The notes below the pieces were generated by a model. It saw only the letters and a list, made by a program, of their open reading frames with translations, did not search any database and was not told the origin of the DNA. Shown here in pieces: positions 34,295 through 44,826 of a DNA stretch of 64,000 bases. The translations under genes were made by a program, and so were the position numbers. Position 1 is the stretch's first letter, and every line of letters starts with the position of its first letter. The stretch comes from Candidatus Uhrbacteria bacterium GW2011_GWE2_46_68 (GTDB taxonomy: Bacteria > Patescibacteriota > Patescibacteriia > UBA9934 > GWF2-40-263): contig LCMS01000001.1 in NCBI GenBank assembly GCA_001002765.1, positions 4,662 to 68,661 on the forward strand, given 5' to 3'.

Positions 34295-35662
34295 CTATAT
34301 TTCTATTTCCTGAAACATTTCAGGAATAATCACTTCGGTGCGCAAATGATAACGCAGGTGGGTGGCAAATACTTCTTGCACGGCAAATTCGCCATGTACA
34401 AGAATAATTTTTTTCGGCACATCGCCTTCTTTTGGCGTCAACCATTTTGTGAGTTTGTTTTGATCCGCGTGAGAAGAGAATGCACCCACAGCTTTTACGC
34501 TCGCTTTCACCTCCACCTCTTGCCCATAGACTCGCACCTGTTTGGCACCTTCGTAGAGACGGCGTCCCAAAGTTCCCGTTGCCTGATAACCGATAATCAA
34601 AAGTTGAGTTTTTTCGTCCGGTAAATAACGTTGAAGATGGTGCATGATCCGTCCGCCCGACATCATGCCGCTTCCGGCAATAATGATTTTTGGAGCCGGG
34701 CGATCATTGATTACTTTTGATTCTTCACGGTTCAAGGTTTCCACCAAGTTTGGGAAAGTAAAAAAGTCTCGGTCAGGTTCTCGTAAAATATCCGCTTCAA
34801 AACGGAGATAATTTTGATAATGCCGATAGATTTCAGTTGCACGGATCGCCATGGGGCTATCCAAAAAGATCGGCAGATTTGTTTTTAGGTCATGAAGAAG
34901 AATCTGATCCATCTCATAGAGCACCTCTTGCGTGCGCTCGATCGAGAAGGTTGGGATCAACAAAACCGATTGATTGCGCACGGTTTGCTCGATCAAATCT
35001 CGTAGAATAGTTGTGCGGTCTTTAGGATCCTCATGCAAGCTGTCTCCATAGGTAGACTCACAAATCACCACATCGGCTTGTGAAAGATCTTCGGTTTCAG
35101 GAAGGATGGGGACATCGCTATTGCCAAGATCACCGGAAAAAACCACGCGTTTCCCTTCGGCTTCAATCGAAAGAAATGCCGAACCCAAGATATGTCCGGC
35201 ATCATGAAACATAAAAGAGATTCCGGGAGTCATCTCCACTGTTTCGTGATAATTCACGGTTTGCATCTGTTCAAACACTTGGGTCACATCTTCCTCATCA
35301 TACAAAAGCGGTTCTCCTTCTCGCTCCGTATTTTCTTTCATGATGTGATAAGAATCCTCCAAAATGATGCGGGTAAGCGGGCGCGTAGGATGTACACAAT
35401 AGATGGAGCCCGTAAAACCGGCTTTGATGAGCTTGGGAAGCCTGCCTGTATGATCTGCATGTGCGTGAGTGACAAAGACAGCTTCTATCGTTTTAGGATC
35501 AAAATGGAAATCTTCGAAGTTCGGTTCGTCCGCATATCGCCTGCCTTGGAACATGCCGCAATCAATCAAGTACTGGTGCATATTTCCTTGCACATCTTTA
35601 ATAACAATTTGATGACAAGAGCCTGTGACTTCTCGTGCGGCCCCATGGAATGTGATCTGCAT
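34295..35662 (-). CDS. rnj: beta-CASP metallo-beta-lactamase ribonuclease, RNase J-like
   Basis: HxHxDH motif (VFVTHAHADHTGRLP); length and domain order fit RNase J. Confidence 0.7.
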   Translation of the reverse strand: MQITFHGAAREVTGSCHQIVIKDVQGNMHQYLIDCGMFQGRRYADEPNFEDFHFDPKTIEAVFVTHAHADHTGRLPKLIKAGFTGSIYCVHPTRPLTRIILEDSYHIMKENTEREGEPLLYDEEDVTQVFEQMQTVNYHETVEMTPGISFMFHDAGHILGSAFLSIEAEGKRVVFSGDLGNSDVPILPETEDLSQADVVICESTYGDSLHEDPKDRTTILRDLIEQTVRNQSVLLIPTFSIERTQEVLYEMDQILLHDLKTNLPIFLDSPMAIRATEIYRHYQNYLRFEADILREPDRDFFTFPNLVETLNREESKVINDRPAPKIIIAGSGMMSGGRIMHHLQRYLPDEKTQLLIIGYQATGTLGRRLYEGAKQVRVYGQEVEVKASVKAVGAFSSHADQNKLTKWLTPKEGDVPKKIILVHGEFAVQEVFATHLRYHLRTEVIIPEMFQEIEI

Positions 35663-35787
35663 AAAAAATTTCTACATTGGAAATTATTTTATGCCATTAT
35701 CATAACGCGTTCGCAAAAATAGTGCACCCATTTTTATTTTGTGGATAAGTTACAAAAGATTCGGATATTCCTCTTATCTTTGTTATA

Positions 35788-37497
35788 ATGATAACAGTGC
35801 AAGTTATGACGCAAGAACAATTTCACGAAGCGTTAGTGGAACATGGCACCATAACCGAAGATCAGTTTCAATCCGTGATAGACAGTCGTGAGGCAAAGGA
35901 GGCGGGTATAGGAGAAGCCTTGGTGGTACGAGGTGTGATCAGTGAGTCTCAACTCGGTCAAATGTTAGCCTGGTGGTACAAGGTGCCTTATTTTGATTTT
36001 GGAAAAGAAGGTGTTGATCATGAGATTACACGTTTGTTGCCAGAATCTTTTGTGCGCGAACAACGGGTGATTCCCGTTTCTCATCATGAGCAAGAAGGGT
36101 TCAAGGTCGCCACATCTGATCCGAAAAATATAGTCCTGCGTTGTTTGCTCGAAAAATATCTTCGTGATCGTGTGCAATTTGTGTTTGCGACCGACCGTCA
36201 AATTGCGGGGCATCTTTATCTTTTTCAGCAAAATCTCGGAGAAACAATCAAAAAGATTCTGAAACAACCTGCAGTTTTCGGAAACGCGACCGATACAAAG
36301 GCCGTCACCATTACTGACACTCTCATCAGTTTTGCCTATCAGACGGGTGTTTCCGATATTCATTTGGAATCAGGGGAAAAGATTACCATGGTGCGTTTCC
36401 GTGTGGATGGCGTTTTACATGATATGGCGGAAATCCCCCCCGAGATTCATCAAGCCGTGATTTCTCGTCTCAAGGTTATGGCCCGTCTTCCCACCGATGA
36501 AACCCGCAAAACCCAAGACGGTAAGATTTTATTTCAATCTCCTTGGCATGATGCCGTGGATATTCGTTTATCTCTCGTCCCAACAACACATGCGGAAAAT
36601 GCAGTTCTGCGTTTGCTCACAGACCGTAATAAGAATTTTTCTTTTCATGATATCGGTCTTCGTGAGCGTGATGGGGAAAAGGTTTTAAATGCCTCTCATC
36701 AACCCTGGGGCATGATTTTGGTTGCCGGTCCCACAGGTTCGGGAAAAACAACAACGCTTTACAGTGTGCTCAAGATGCTTAATGATCGTGATATTCATAT
36801 CGTGACCATTGAGGATCCCGTAGAGTATGACATGAAAGGCGTGACGCAAATTCAGGTGAATGAAAAAGTCGGTTTGACCTTTGCCAGCGGTCTACGTTCC
36901 ATTGTGCGCCAAGACCCTGACATTATTATGGTAGGAGAGATCCGCGATCGGGAAACCGCAGGTATTGCCATTAATGCCGCCATGACAGGACATTTGGTTT
37001 TATCCACCATTCATACCAATGATGCGGCCACGACTTTTGTCCGACTCGTCGATATGGGGGCGGAGGATTATCTTTTGGCATCCACCATCAACGTGGTGAT
37101 TGCACAAAGACTTATTCGACGCATTTGTCTCGGATGTATTCAGAGTGTATTTTTGACGCCATCACAAATACAAATTATCGAACGCATTCCCAAAGCCAAG
37201 GAATATCTTTTGAATATAAGCGAAAAGCAAAATCTTTCCGATGTACGTTTGTTTGCGGGGAAAGGGTGTCAGGCATGTCACCAAACGGGGTATAAAGATC
37301 GCGTGGGCATTTTCGAAGTGCTGGATGTAACCGAGAGAATTCGTCAAGGAATCATGGAAAGGAAGGAAGCAGAGACAATCAAAGAAATAGCTTTAAACGA
37401 TGGAATGACGACTATGCTACAAGACGGTTTTAACAAAGCTTTAGTCGGATTGACGACCATAGAGGAGGTACTTCATGAAACACAGACCACTTCATGA
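35788..37497 (+). CDS. pilB: type IV pilus assembly ATPase PilB/GspE family
   Basis: GspII_E N-terminal domain, Walker A VAGPTGSGKTT and a C-terminal tetracysteine (CLGC...CQAC). Confidence 0.85.
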   Translation: MITVQVMTQEQFHEALVEHGTITEDQFQSVIDSREAKEAGIGEALVVRGVISESQLGQMLAWWYKVPYFDFGKEGVDHEITRLLPESFVREQRVIPVSHHEQEGFKVATSDPKNIVLRCLLEKYLRDRVQFVFATDRQIAGHLYLFQQNLGETIKKILKQPAVFGNATDTKAVTITDTLISFAYQTGVSDIHLESGEKITMVRFRVDGVLHDMAEIPPEIHQAVISRLKVMARLPTDETRKTQDGKILFQSPWHDAVDIRLSLVPTTHAENAVLRLLTDRNKNFSFHDIGLRERDGEKVLNASHQPWGMILVAGPTGSGKTTTLYSVLKMLNDRDIHIVTIEDPVEYDMKGVTQIQVNEKVGLTFASGLRSIVRQDPDIIMVGEIRDRETAGIAINAAMTGHLVLSTIHTNDAATTFVRLVDMGAEDYLLASTINVVIAQRLIRRICLGCIQSVFLTPSQIQIIERIPKAKEYLLNISEKQNLSDVRLFAGKGCQACHQTGYKDRVGIFEVLDVTERIRQGIMERKEAETIKEIALNDGMTTMLQDGFNKALVGLTTIEEVLHETQTTS

Positions 37498-39043
37498 GAA
37501 GTTTTTTTTGACGCGTATTTTTTGTTTCCTGTTTTGGATATTGGTTTTGTTTTTACCTCATCGAAATGTTTTGGCGCTTGGGTTGTATTCTCCGACAATC
37601 GCGCTTGGGGAAGTGGAGGCAGGGGAAGATTACACAGGAACATTTCGCGTGGTACGTGAGGCGGGAGAAGTAGGAACAGGGAGCTTGTCGGTGGATGTGG
37701 AAATAACGGGTGACCAATGGATTTCGGTGACAGGTGAAGAATCTTTTGTCATGAGCGCAAGCGAAAACGCGTATGATTATACCTTTCTTTTTTCTCCAAA
37801 CGCCGTGCAAACAGGGGATTATCAAATACATTTTATTTTTTTTCTTGAGCCTTCCGGTTCACACGACGGGGGTGCGGGAGCTGTTGTTCGCGAGGGTGTA
37901 GAGGGAACGTTGACCTACAGAATGATCACTTCTTCCGAAACCGGAACAGGATCGGTTTCTTCAGGGCAAGGAACCTCATCCTCGTCTGGCACAGAAACAT
38001 CAAGCGGATCTTCTGACAGCGAAACTGAAGATGAAGGCACTTCGAGCCAAGAAGGTGGCACTGAAGAAGAAGACGATACGCAAATAAGCGACTCGCCGGA
38101 ACAAATCGAGGTTTCCGAAAGATCAGAATCGGAAACGGAGACGATTTGGACAGGGGATGGAACCGAAGGATCAAGAGAAAGCACAGACGCAGGGGATGCA
38201 GTGGCGACTGAATCGTCGGCAACATCTGAAGCGGATAGTGTGGATTTTCAGGATGTTGCAGAGTTTATGGGATTTTATGGACAAACAGGGTCGGGATTAT
38301 CCTCTCACGATCTTGATGGGGGTGGCAGCATAGGCCTATCTGATCTCTCTTTGCTTGTCTCGCAATGGACTTCGGACGAAGGGGGATTTACCGGCCTGTC
38401 CCCTGTGGAACCCGGAGAGCCACTTGACGAGGACGTTATTCTTTTCAAATTTCAGGTGGCGCATGCGGATAGGGAAAAGTTTTCCGTGATTTTATCAAGC
38501 GCACATAAAACCACAGACGACGAGGTTACCATGTACATTTTGGTGGATACGGGACAAGGAGGGGTGAATACGGCTGATCTTACGATCGACTATGATACGG
38601 AAAAATTACGGTTTATCGATGCGGAGATTGAGGGGTCGATTTTTTCCATTTTTCGTTCAAAACCACAGGAAATTGAAAGCGGAAAAATCAGCTTAACCGC
38701 TGCAACTCCCTGGTCTTTTGTGGGTACAAACGGTTTTGTGGCCACTTTGTATTTTTCTTTGATTGCAAAAGGAGAGGCTGCTTTGCGTTTTGAAGAAATC
38801 GAGTCATACGGAGAAGATGCTTATGAGCCAGGACAGGTTTTGGGAACGGATTTGATCGGCATAGTAGATAAAAAATCCACATCTCTTTCCGATACGACGG
38901 AGGAGGAAGTCAGAGCCGAGCAAATCCCGTCTTACTTTTTTCAAATCAATTTTTTAGAGATTATTCTTCTTTTGATATTGCTTATGGACACCATTGCTTT
39001 TTGGATTCTTTACCGTGACACAAAAGATCAACAATATGTTTAG
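37475..39043 (+). CDS. secreted acidic protein with dockerin-like and cohesin-like segments
   Basis: Signal peptide; D/E/S/T-rich linker; DLDGGGSIGLSDLSLLVSQW (dockerin-like); a C-terminal beta-sandwich-like segment; and a terminal TM. Confidence 0.45.
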   Translation: MKHRPLHEKFFLTRIFCFLFWILVLFLPHRNVLALGLYSPTIALGEVEAGEDYTGTFRVVREAGEVGTGSLSVDVEITGDQWISVTGEESFVMSASENAYDYTFLFSPNAVQTGDYQIHFIFFLEPSGSHDGGAGAVVREGVEGTLTYRMITSSETGTGSVSSGQGTSSSSGTETSSGSSDSETEDEGTSSQEGGTEEEDDTQISDSPEQIEVSERSESETETIWTGDGTEGSRESTDAGDAVATESSATSEADSVDFQDVAEFMGFYGQTGSGLSSHDLDGGGSIGLSDLSLLVSQWTSDEGGFTGLSPVEPGEPLDEDVILFKFQVAHADREKFSVILSSAHKTTDDEVTMYILVDTGQGGVNTADLTIDYDTEKLRFIDAEIEGSIFSIFRSKPQEIESGKISLTAATPWSFVGTNGFVATLYFSLIAKGEAALRFEEIESYGEDAYEPGQVLGTDLIGIVDKKSTSLSDTTEEEVRAEQIPSYFFQINFLEIILLLILLMDTIAFWILYRDTKDQQYV

Positions 39044-40058
39044 AGTATCTCTTATGAGTCGTGTGTTTCTTTTTTTGCTTTTTAGCGGTTGTTTGTTTGG
39101 GCATGCGGTTCCATCAAACGCCGCGGGAATCGGTGTTTCTCCATCTTCCATCAACACCGAAATTTTGGCGGGAGACAAAGTAGAGCAAACATTGTCACTT
39201 TCCCGTTTTGGAAATTCGGAAGAAATGCGGTTTTTGGTGCAAGTTTCGGAAGGCAATGATTTTATTGATTTGTTGGGGCAAGAAGAAGTGATCATCCCGT
39301 TTGGAGCCTCTCAAATATCGTTTACGTTTGCGATCAACGCGCAAAATCTTGGGGTGGGTGAGAAAATCGGAAACATTCAATTTTTGTCAGATATGCAAAT
39401 GCAAGATGGAAATTCCGGAAATCTTGTACAAACCGGGTTGGAGGTAAAAGTGAAGGCATCAATCGTCAACGCTTATGCCGTGGATGAAACTGTGGATGCG
39501 CAGCAAAATTGCAGTATTTTATCCGAGATCGCAGTTTCCAATATGCGCTTGAGTTATGCACGCGGTGGGGGGGGTGACACTTTAGATCTTACCTGGGATA
39601 TGCAAAATATCGGATCGGTTTCCATGAAGTCCGTGGCCTATGAGACAAACATTTTCAGAGACGGCGTATTGATTTCTTCCAGTCGTGAGGTCGCTGGAGG
39701 AGTTTTTGAAGCAGGTCAAACCATTTCACAAATCAAGTCTCAACATTTTTCTTCCTTACTCCCCGGTCTTTATCGTGTGGAATTAAAGTGGGGGGATAAG
39801 ACGCAAACCGTACAAATAACCGTGGAGCCGACGCTGTGGCAAGCGATATGGGATCAGGTATCGATTATCAGTGTTGCAGTGGGAGGACTGCTTGCTGCTG
39901 TCTTTGCTTTTCTTTTTATCAAAACAAAACTTTCTCTTTATGCGACAGTAAGGGCTTTGGGAAAAATGAAACGCAAAGTGGCCTCTGCGGCCACAAGCGG
40001 AGCAAAAAAAATAACACGCCGTCGTACGACAAAATTTTCCGCAAAAAGGGAAAAATAA
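39036..40058 (+). CDS. surface protein with a signal peptide, a C-terminal TM anchor and a basic tail; paralogue of 41066-42442
   Basis: MFRVSLMSRVFLFLLFSGC...AAGIGVSPSSINTEILAGDKVEQTL, ending with a TM plus a KR-rich tail. Confidence 0.5.
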   Translation: MFRVSLMSRVFLFLLFSGCLFGHAVPSNAAGIGVSPSSINTEILAGDKVEQTLSLSRFGNSEEMRFLVQVSEGNDFIDLLGQEEVIIPFGASQISFTFAINAQNLGVGEKIGNIQFLSDMQMQDGNSGNLVQTGLEVKVKASIVNAYAVDETVDAQQNCSILSEIAVSNMRLSYARGGGGDTLDLTWDMQNIGSVSMKSVAYETNIFRDGVLISSSREVAGGVFEAGQTISQIKSQHFSSLLPGLYRVELKWGDKTQTVQITVEPTLWQAIWDQVSIISVAVGGLLAAVFAFLFIKTKLSLYATVRALGKMKRKVASAATSGAKKITRRRTTKFSAKREK

Positions 40059-40171
40059 TTTTTTGTCATGAACTCTTCGCGGGACATTGGAAAATCATTG
40101 TTACAAAAGAGGGATCTCTCGTCGTTTCACTCATCGGGATAACATGAGAAGAGAGAAGCTCACGCTTGGGT

Positions 40172-40687
40172 TCATTGAGAAAACGAAAAGACAAGGCCAA
40201 AGATGTGATCGCGCGTTACAGGTCCGTACTCCCTGGAGTCCGTACTCTCATCTCGGTTATCACCCAGTAAAAAATATTCATTTTCTTTCAAAATATCGAA
40301 TGTTTGAGCGCTGCCGTTCCAGTTTCTTGTGACGGTTCCTTCGGGAAGATAGGTCTCTCCAAGTAAAAATGTTTTTCCGTCCATTCCTGTGACAAACACT
40401 TGATTGAGCCTGATCGTGACTTGTTCTCCGGGAAGGCCGATCACTCGCTTGATGACCACCTCTTTAAGCGAAGGGATAGAGGCTTGCACCACATCTCCTC
40501 GATCGGGCGAGTGAAACAGAAGATCAAACTTGTTAATGAAAAAAACTTGCGAGTCAAAAAAATTCGGTTCCATGGAGACGCCATCCACTATGCCCGGTTC
40601 AACGACAAAAGAACGAATAAAGATAAATGCAAAGGTGATCGCACACGTCAATTTGAAAATTTTCCAAAGATAATCATTTCTGCTCAT
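40172..40687 (-). CDS. lepB: signal peptidase I
   Basis: VEPGIVDGVSMEPNF (catalytic Ser box) and GDVVQASIP / VIGLPGE boxes. Confidence 0.75.
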   Translation of the reverse strand: MSRNDYLWKIFKLTCAITFAFIFIRSFVVEPGIVDGVSMEPNFFDSQVFFINKFDLLFHSPDRGDVVQASIPSLKEVVIKRVIGLPGEQVTIRLNQVFVTGMDGKTFLLGETYLPEGTVTRNWNGSAQTFDILKENEYFLLGDNRDESTDSREYGPVTRDHIFGLVFSFSQ

Positions 40688-40722
40688 ACTTCTTCTATGA
40701 TATTATACCTGAAAGAGACGTT

Positions 40723-41073
40723 ATGAAGAATTTTTTTTGGGGACTGCAGGCGATCACGGAAAATTTTTTATTTTTTTCAAAACAACTTTCACAGTACCAA
40801 CTCTTTTGGGGATTTGCAGTCGGATTTTTTGTTGCCACACTTTTTTATGGATTCTTGATCACAGATCATCCCAAACAAGTGCCGACCGTTTTATTTCATG
40901 ATTCCTCCTCTTCCTTCCAAAAGATTTATCAGAGAAAAGAAGGTCAAGCCTATTCCACTTCTTTTTACGATTTTTCAAAAAAGGCCAATCGATTAAAGAC
41001 AGCTTTTCTTCTGGCCGGCATTCTTGCCATTGTATTAACACTCATTTCTTTACTAACCGTTTTTTATGGATAA
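40723..41073 (+). CDS. small membrane protein (116 aa)
   Basis: Two predicted TM segments. Confidence 0.3.
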   Translation: MKNFFWGLQAITENFLFFSKQLSQYQLFWGFAVGFFVATLFYGFLITDHPKQVPTVLFHDSSSSFQKIYQRKEGQAYSTSFYDFSKKANRLKTAFLLAGILAIVLTLISLLTVFYG

Positions 41074-42442
41074 AAAAAACAAACAAAAAAGAGTTTTTTC
41101 CGGAAGTTTGATTTTAGCCTCACTTTTTTTCTTGTTCTTTCCCTTCCTAACTCCTCTTCCCGCAAAGGCCATAGGAGCTTCTCCGTCAAGAATAAACAAT
41201 GTGACGGTTTTGCGAGGAACCGTGCAGACCCAATCCATTTCCATTGTTCGTGCGATATCGGAGGGGAATCGCGAAGTGACGGTCAATGTGACAAAGCGTG
41301 GCGAGTATGCTCATTACATCAATGCGCCAGAGTCCATTATTTTGCTTAGTGGGCAAAATAGTGTGATCTACACTTTTGATGTGGATGCAACCGATGCGGC
41401 GGTAGGGGAATATCAGGTTATTCTCTCTTTTCTTGTCGATCCGTATATCACAGCACAGACAGAAGCAACATCAGGAGGAATGAGCGCCGGTGTCGGATTT
41501 ATTACAGGTGTGGATATTCCGGTTACTTTTACGGTCTCCGGAGATCAAGTGGTGTCTTATGATGTTCAAAGTATGGGAATGGATGACACCGAAGTAAATA
41601 TGCCTGTTTTCCTCACCTTTAATATCCATAATACGGGGAATGTAGAATGGAAACCACAAAAAGTGGAATTGACATTTACTGACACATCCGATCCAGCCCA
41701 TGTGGTGACCGAAATTGTCGAAAGTGAAGATTTTCCCGTGGTAAAACCCAGTGCTGAAAGTGTTGTCACGGTTGTACAAATCGCATCTGTATTGATCGAG
41801 GGGACCTACGAGGTGAAAGCTAAGTTTTATTATGAAGGTCAGGTGGTGGCAGAGCTTTCTTCTTCTTCGCTTTTGACGGTTTATCCGGTCGGAACCCTCG
41901 CGCAATCAGGCGAGCTTTTGTCCGCAAGTACCAATAAGACATCGTATGAAAGAGGAGAAAAAGTGAATGCAAGTGTGATTTTCAAAAATACGGGTGAGGT
42001 AAAGGTAAACGGCACCTTGTACATAGATATGTATAAGGACGGCTCTTATGTGGATTTGCTCTTGGGAGAAACCTTGGCTGTTGATAGGGGAGACGAAGTA
42101 GTTTTTTCAAAAATTATAGAAACGGATGGCCCTGGAGATTATGTGGCTTCGGCTTATGTCAAATACAGCAATAAAAAAACAGAATCCATTGATTTGGCCT
42201 TTTCCGTTATTTCTGCCGGAGGAGTCGGTGATGCCTTGTCGTTTGCCAATTCTGTCTGGGGTTTGGCTATTTTGATCGGTATTATTGTTGTTATAGCTGT
42301 CATTATCAAAATAACGAGGAAAAAGAACGGAACGTCGCCCACCATCATTCCCCAAACGAACACCATCCCCACGATAAATCAAATGGAAGCGCATAAAGAA
42401 GAGCAAAATGTTTTACCAATCGATGAGACAAAGGAAAACTAA
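41066..42442 (+). CDS. surface protein with a signal peptide and a C-terminal TM anchor; paralogue of 39036-40058
   Basis: LPAKAIGASPSRINNVTVLRGTVQTQSISI at the N-terminus and a C-terminal TM (WGLAILIGIIVVIAVIIKITRKK). Confidence 0.5.
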   Translation: MDKKNKQKRVFSGSLILASLFFLFFPFLTPLPAKAIGASPSRINNVTVLRGTVQTQSISIVRAISEGNREVTVNVTKRGEYAHYINAPESIILLSGQNSVIYTFDVDATDAAVGEYQVILSFLVDPYITAQTEATSGGMSAGVGFITGVDIPVTFTVSGDQVVSYDVQSMGMDDTEVNMPVFLTFNIHNTGNVEWKPQKVELTFTDTSDPAHVVTEIVESEDFPVVKPSAESVVTVVQIASVLIEGTYEVKAKFYYEGQVVAELSSSSLLTVYPVGTLAQSGELLSASTNKTSYERGEKVNASVIFKNTGEVKVNGTLYIDMYKDGSYVDLLLGETLAVDRGDEVVFSKIIETDGPGDYVASAYVKYSNKKTESIDLAFSVISAGGVGDALSFANSVWGLAILIGIIVVIAVIIKITRKKNGTSPTIIPQTNTIPTINQMEAHKEEQNVLPIDETKEN

Positions 42443-42623
42443 AAATTGTGGATAACTTTTTTGTGCGATTTCGTTCTTATTTGTCGCAATAAATGCTATA
42501 ATTTAAGCAAAGAAAATATCGGTGAGAAGGACACCGAAAAAATTCATTATTTTCATTCAAAATTAAACAAAAATAAATGAAACAAAAGATGTAGAACTTT
42601 TTATTCTTTTACTCTTATTTTTT

Positions 42624-43526
42624 ATGCAGGAATCAAAGGCCCTCCATTATGTTTTGGGGCTATCGCTCGCCATGATCGCGCTTTTTGTGGTCGTCGCGCT
42701 TGTGATGATCAATACGCGTGCAAGTGACTCTGAAGTGACCATCAATAACGTATCACCGACCGTGGTTGAATCCGCTTTGGATGCAGGAGCTGCCATCACA
42801 CTTACCTCCGGAACAACAAAGGAGGTCGTAGCAACAGCTACCGTACAAGACACGAACGGAAATGCAGACATCGCGACTGTATTAATGGTTCTTTATCGTT
42901 CCGGAGCAACAGGGGGAACAGCTTGCTCATCGGACGACAACGATTGTTACCGCATCAACGAATGTGTATTGACAAATAATGCAGATCCTCTTCAAAAAGT
43001 GGCCACTTGCACTTTTGTCATGGATCACTATGCGGATTCCACCAGCGCGAGTGGACGTTATCCAGCAGAAAACTGGAAATTGTATGTGAGGGTGGCAGAT
43101 ACAGATGCCACAACAGGAGAATTGAATACGACGACAACCGAAGTAAATGATTTGTTATCACTTAGTATTCCTTCCGTAATTAACTTCGGTACAGTTAGTC
43201 TTGGGAACCAAGGGTATACAAACTTAACCATTGAAAACCAAGGAAACATGCGATCCGGAGTAAATATCTCGTCTTCAGATGATGATATGGATTGTACGGT
43301 TCGAGGCGCGATTCCGCGTGATAAACAAGAACATAAGGATGCCACTTTTGCGATTGGAGCTGGTACAGATTTGAGCGCAACTCCCACAGATACAACTTTG
43401 ACCATTGATTGGCAAGCAACAGGAACAGATACCTCGGACATTCTTTATATGGGAGTAGATGTTCTTCCGTCAGGTCTTGAGGGTGTTTGTACCATGGTGG
43501 ATACTTTGACAGCCTTTGCAAAGTAA
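42624..43526 (+). CDS. N-terminally anchored hypothetical protein; paralogue of 43859-44821
   Basis: Shared motifs with the paralogue, including NVSPTVVES/NVAPTVVSA, CSSDDNDCYRINECVL/CTADNNGCYVVSSCTL and LSLSIPS.IN.G. Confidence 0.5.
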   Translation: MQESKALHYVLGLSLAMIALFVVVALVMINTRASDSEVTINNVSPTVVESALDAGAAITLTSGTTKEVVATATVQDTNGNADIATVLMVLYRSGATGGTACSSDDNDCYRINECVLTNNADPLQKVATCTFVMDHYADSTSASGRYPAENWKLYVRVADTDATTGELNTTTTEVNDLLSLSIPSVINFGTVSLGNQGYTNLTIENQGNMRSGVNISSSDDDMDCTVRGAIPRDKQEHKDATFAIGAGTDLSATPTDTTLTIDWQATGTDTSDILYMGVDVLPSGLEGVCTMVDTLTAFAK

Positions 43527-43535
43527 TTTGACTTT

Positions 43536-43772
43536 ATGAATCAAAAATTACTCGCGGTGTTGGCGGTCGTTGTTGTCCTATTGAGTGGGTTGGTGTTAAT
43601 TGCGGTTACCAAGTCTGTGCAAACCGATGATCTTGAGGATGTCGGAAGTATTCTCGTCCCAGGATCGGTTGCAGGACAAGAATTGGAAAACCCACCCACA
43701 ACCGTAGGCTCCGAAGCGGTCGTGAACATTCCGCAAACCAGCACAACCGCGCAGGTGAAAATTGGTGAATAA
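43536..43772 (+). CDS. small membrane protein (78 aa)
   Basis: N-terminal TM (LLAVLAVVVVLLSGLVLIAV). Confidence 0.3.
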   Translation: MNQKLLAVLAVVVVLLSGLVLIAVTKSVQTDDLEDVGSILVPGSVAGQELENPPTTVGSEAVVNIPQTSTTAQVKIGE

Positions 43773-43858
43773 TGTAAAAGATACGGTAACAGAAAAACCG
43801 CTCTGTCATAAGGGCGGTTTTTGATTTCAAATTTTACTGTTATAATGGAGGTAATGTT

Positions 43859-44821
43859 ATGAATCACGCAGGAGGGCGCAGACAAGAAAAAATAAGAAAA
43901 GGAATTTTCCTTTTACTTTTTGGGATAGGCATGTTGTTTGTTTTTACTTTTACGTTTTATCGATCTTTGGCAACTGATGTTTCTGTGCAAATTGGCAACG
44001 TTGCCCCTACGGTTGTTTCGGCGTTTCTTCATGCTTCCTCTTTTATTTTTACGGAACAATTCAATATAGGTACCCCTGTCAATGTAATGATTCCAGGGTC
44101 AACCGGAGCCTTATATGGAAATGGACGGGTGGAGGACTTAAACGGTCGAGATGATATTGTGAACGTGCGAGGTGTTTTTTATCGTTCCAGCGTTTCGGGC
44201 GGATCGGATTGTACAGCGGACAACAACGGTTGTTATGTGGTGAGTTCATGCACCTTACGTGACCTCACGGGAAACGATTTGCGTAAAGAATATTCCTGCC
44301 GTTTTGATCTTTCCGCTTATATTGATTCCACAGATAGTGACGGCCATTATTCCACAGATACTTGGAATTTTTTTGTCGAGGTGAGCGATGGAACAGCAAT
44401 AGATTCCGAGTCAGTAACAACCGAAGTCAGCTCGCTTCTTTCCTTGGATATTCCTTCCTCCATCAACTATGGAGTCTTGGGGCTTGGGGATAAAACACCC
44501 GCAGGTTCGATAAATATTACGGTCACACAACAGGGGAATGTGCGGGCAGGTGTGGAGATTTCAGGTGTGGGAACAGCAATGAACTGTTCGGGCCGCGGAT
44601 CCATTCCACGTGAGAATCAAGAATATTCCACTGAGTCTTTTACTCATGGAACAGGAATTGATTTGTCCGGCACGCCCATCTCAACTGGTATGGTGCTCGG
44701 GTGGCAGGAAACCGATACGGCCGTTTCTGATGATTTGTATTTTGGGATTGAGATTCCCTCAAGCGGGGTCGAGGGTATCTGCTCTATGGTAAACACACTA
44801 ACTGCAGCTTCTCTTGACTGA
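43859..44821 (+). CDS. N-terminally anchored hypothetical protein; paralogue of 42624-43526
   Basis: See the paralogue; followed 5 bp later by the kinase gene. Confidence 0.5.
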   Translation: MNHAGGRRQEKIRKGIFLLLFGIGMLFVFTFTFYRSLATDVSVQIGNVAPTVVSAFLHASSFIFTEQFNIGTPVNVMIPGSTGALYGNGRVEDLNGRDDIVNVRGVFYRSSVSGGSDCTADNNGCYVVSSCTLRDLTGNDLRKEYSCRFDLSAYIDSTDSDGHYSTDTWNFFVEVSDGTAIDSESVTTEVSSLLSLDIPSSINYGVLGLGDKTPAGSINITVTQQGNVRAGVEISGVGTAMNCSGRGSIPRENQEYSTESFTHGTGIDLSGTPISTGMVLGWQETDTAVSDDLYFGIEIPSSGVEGICSMVNTLTAASLD

Positions 44822-44826
44822 TCATT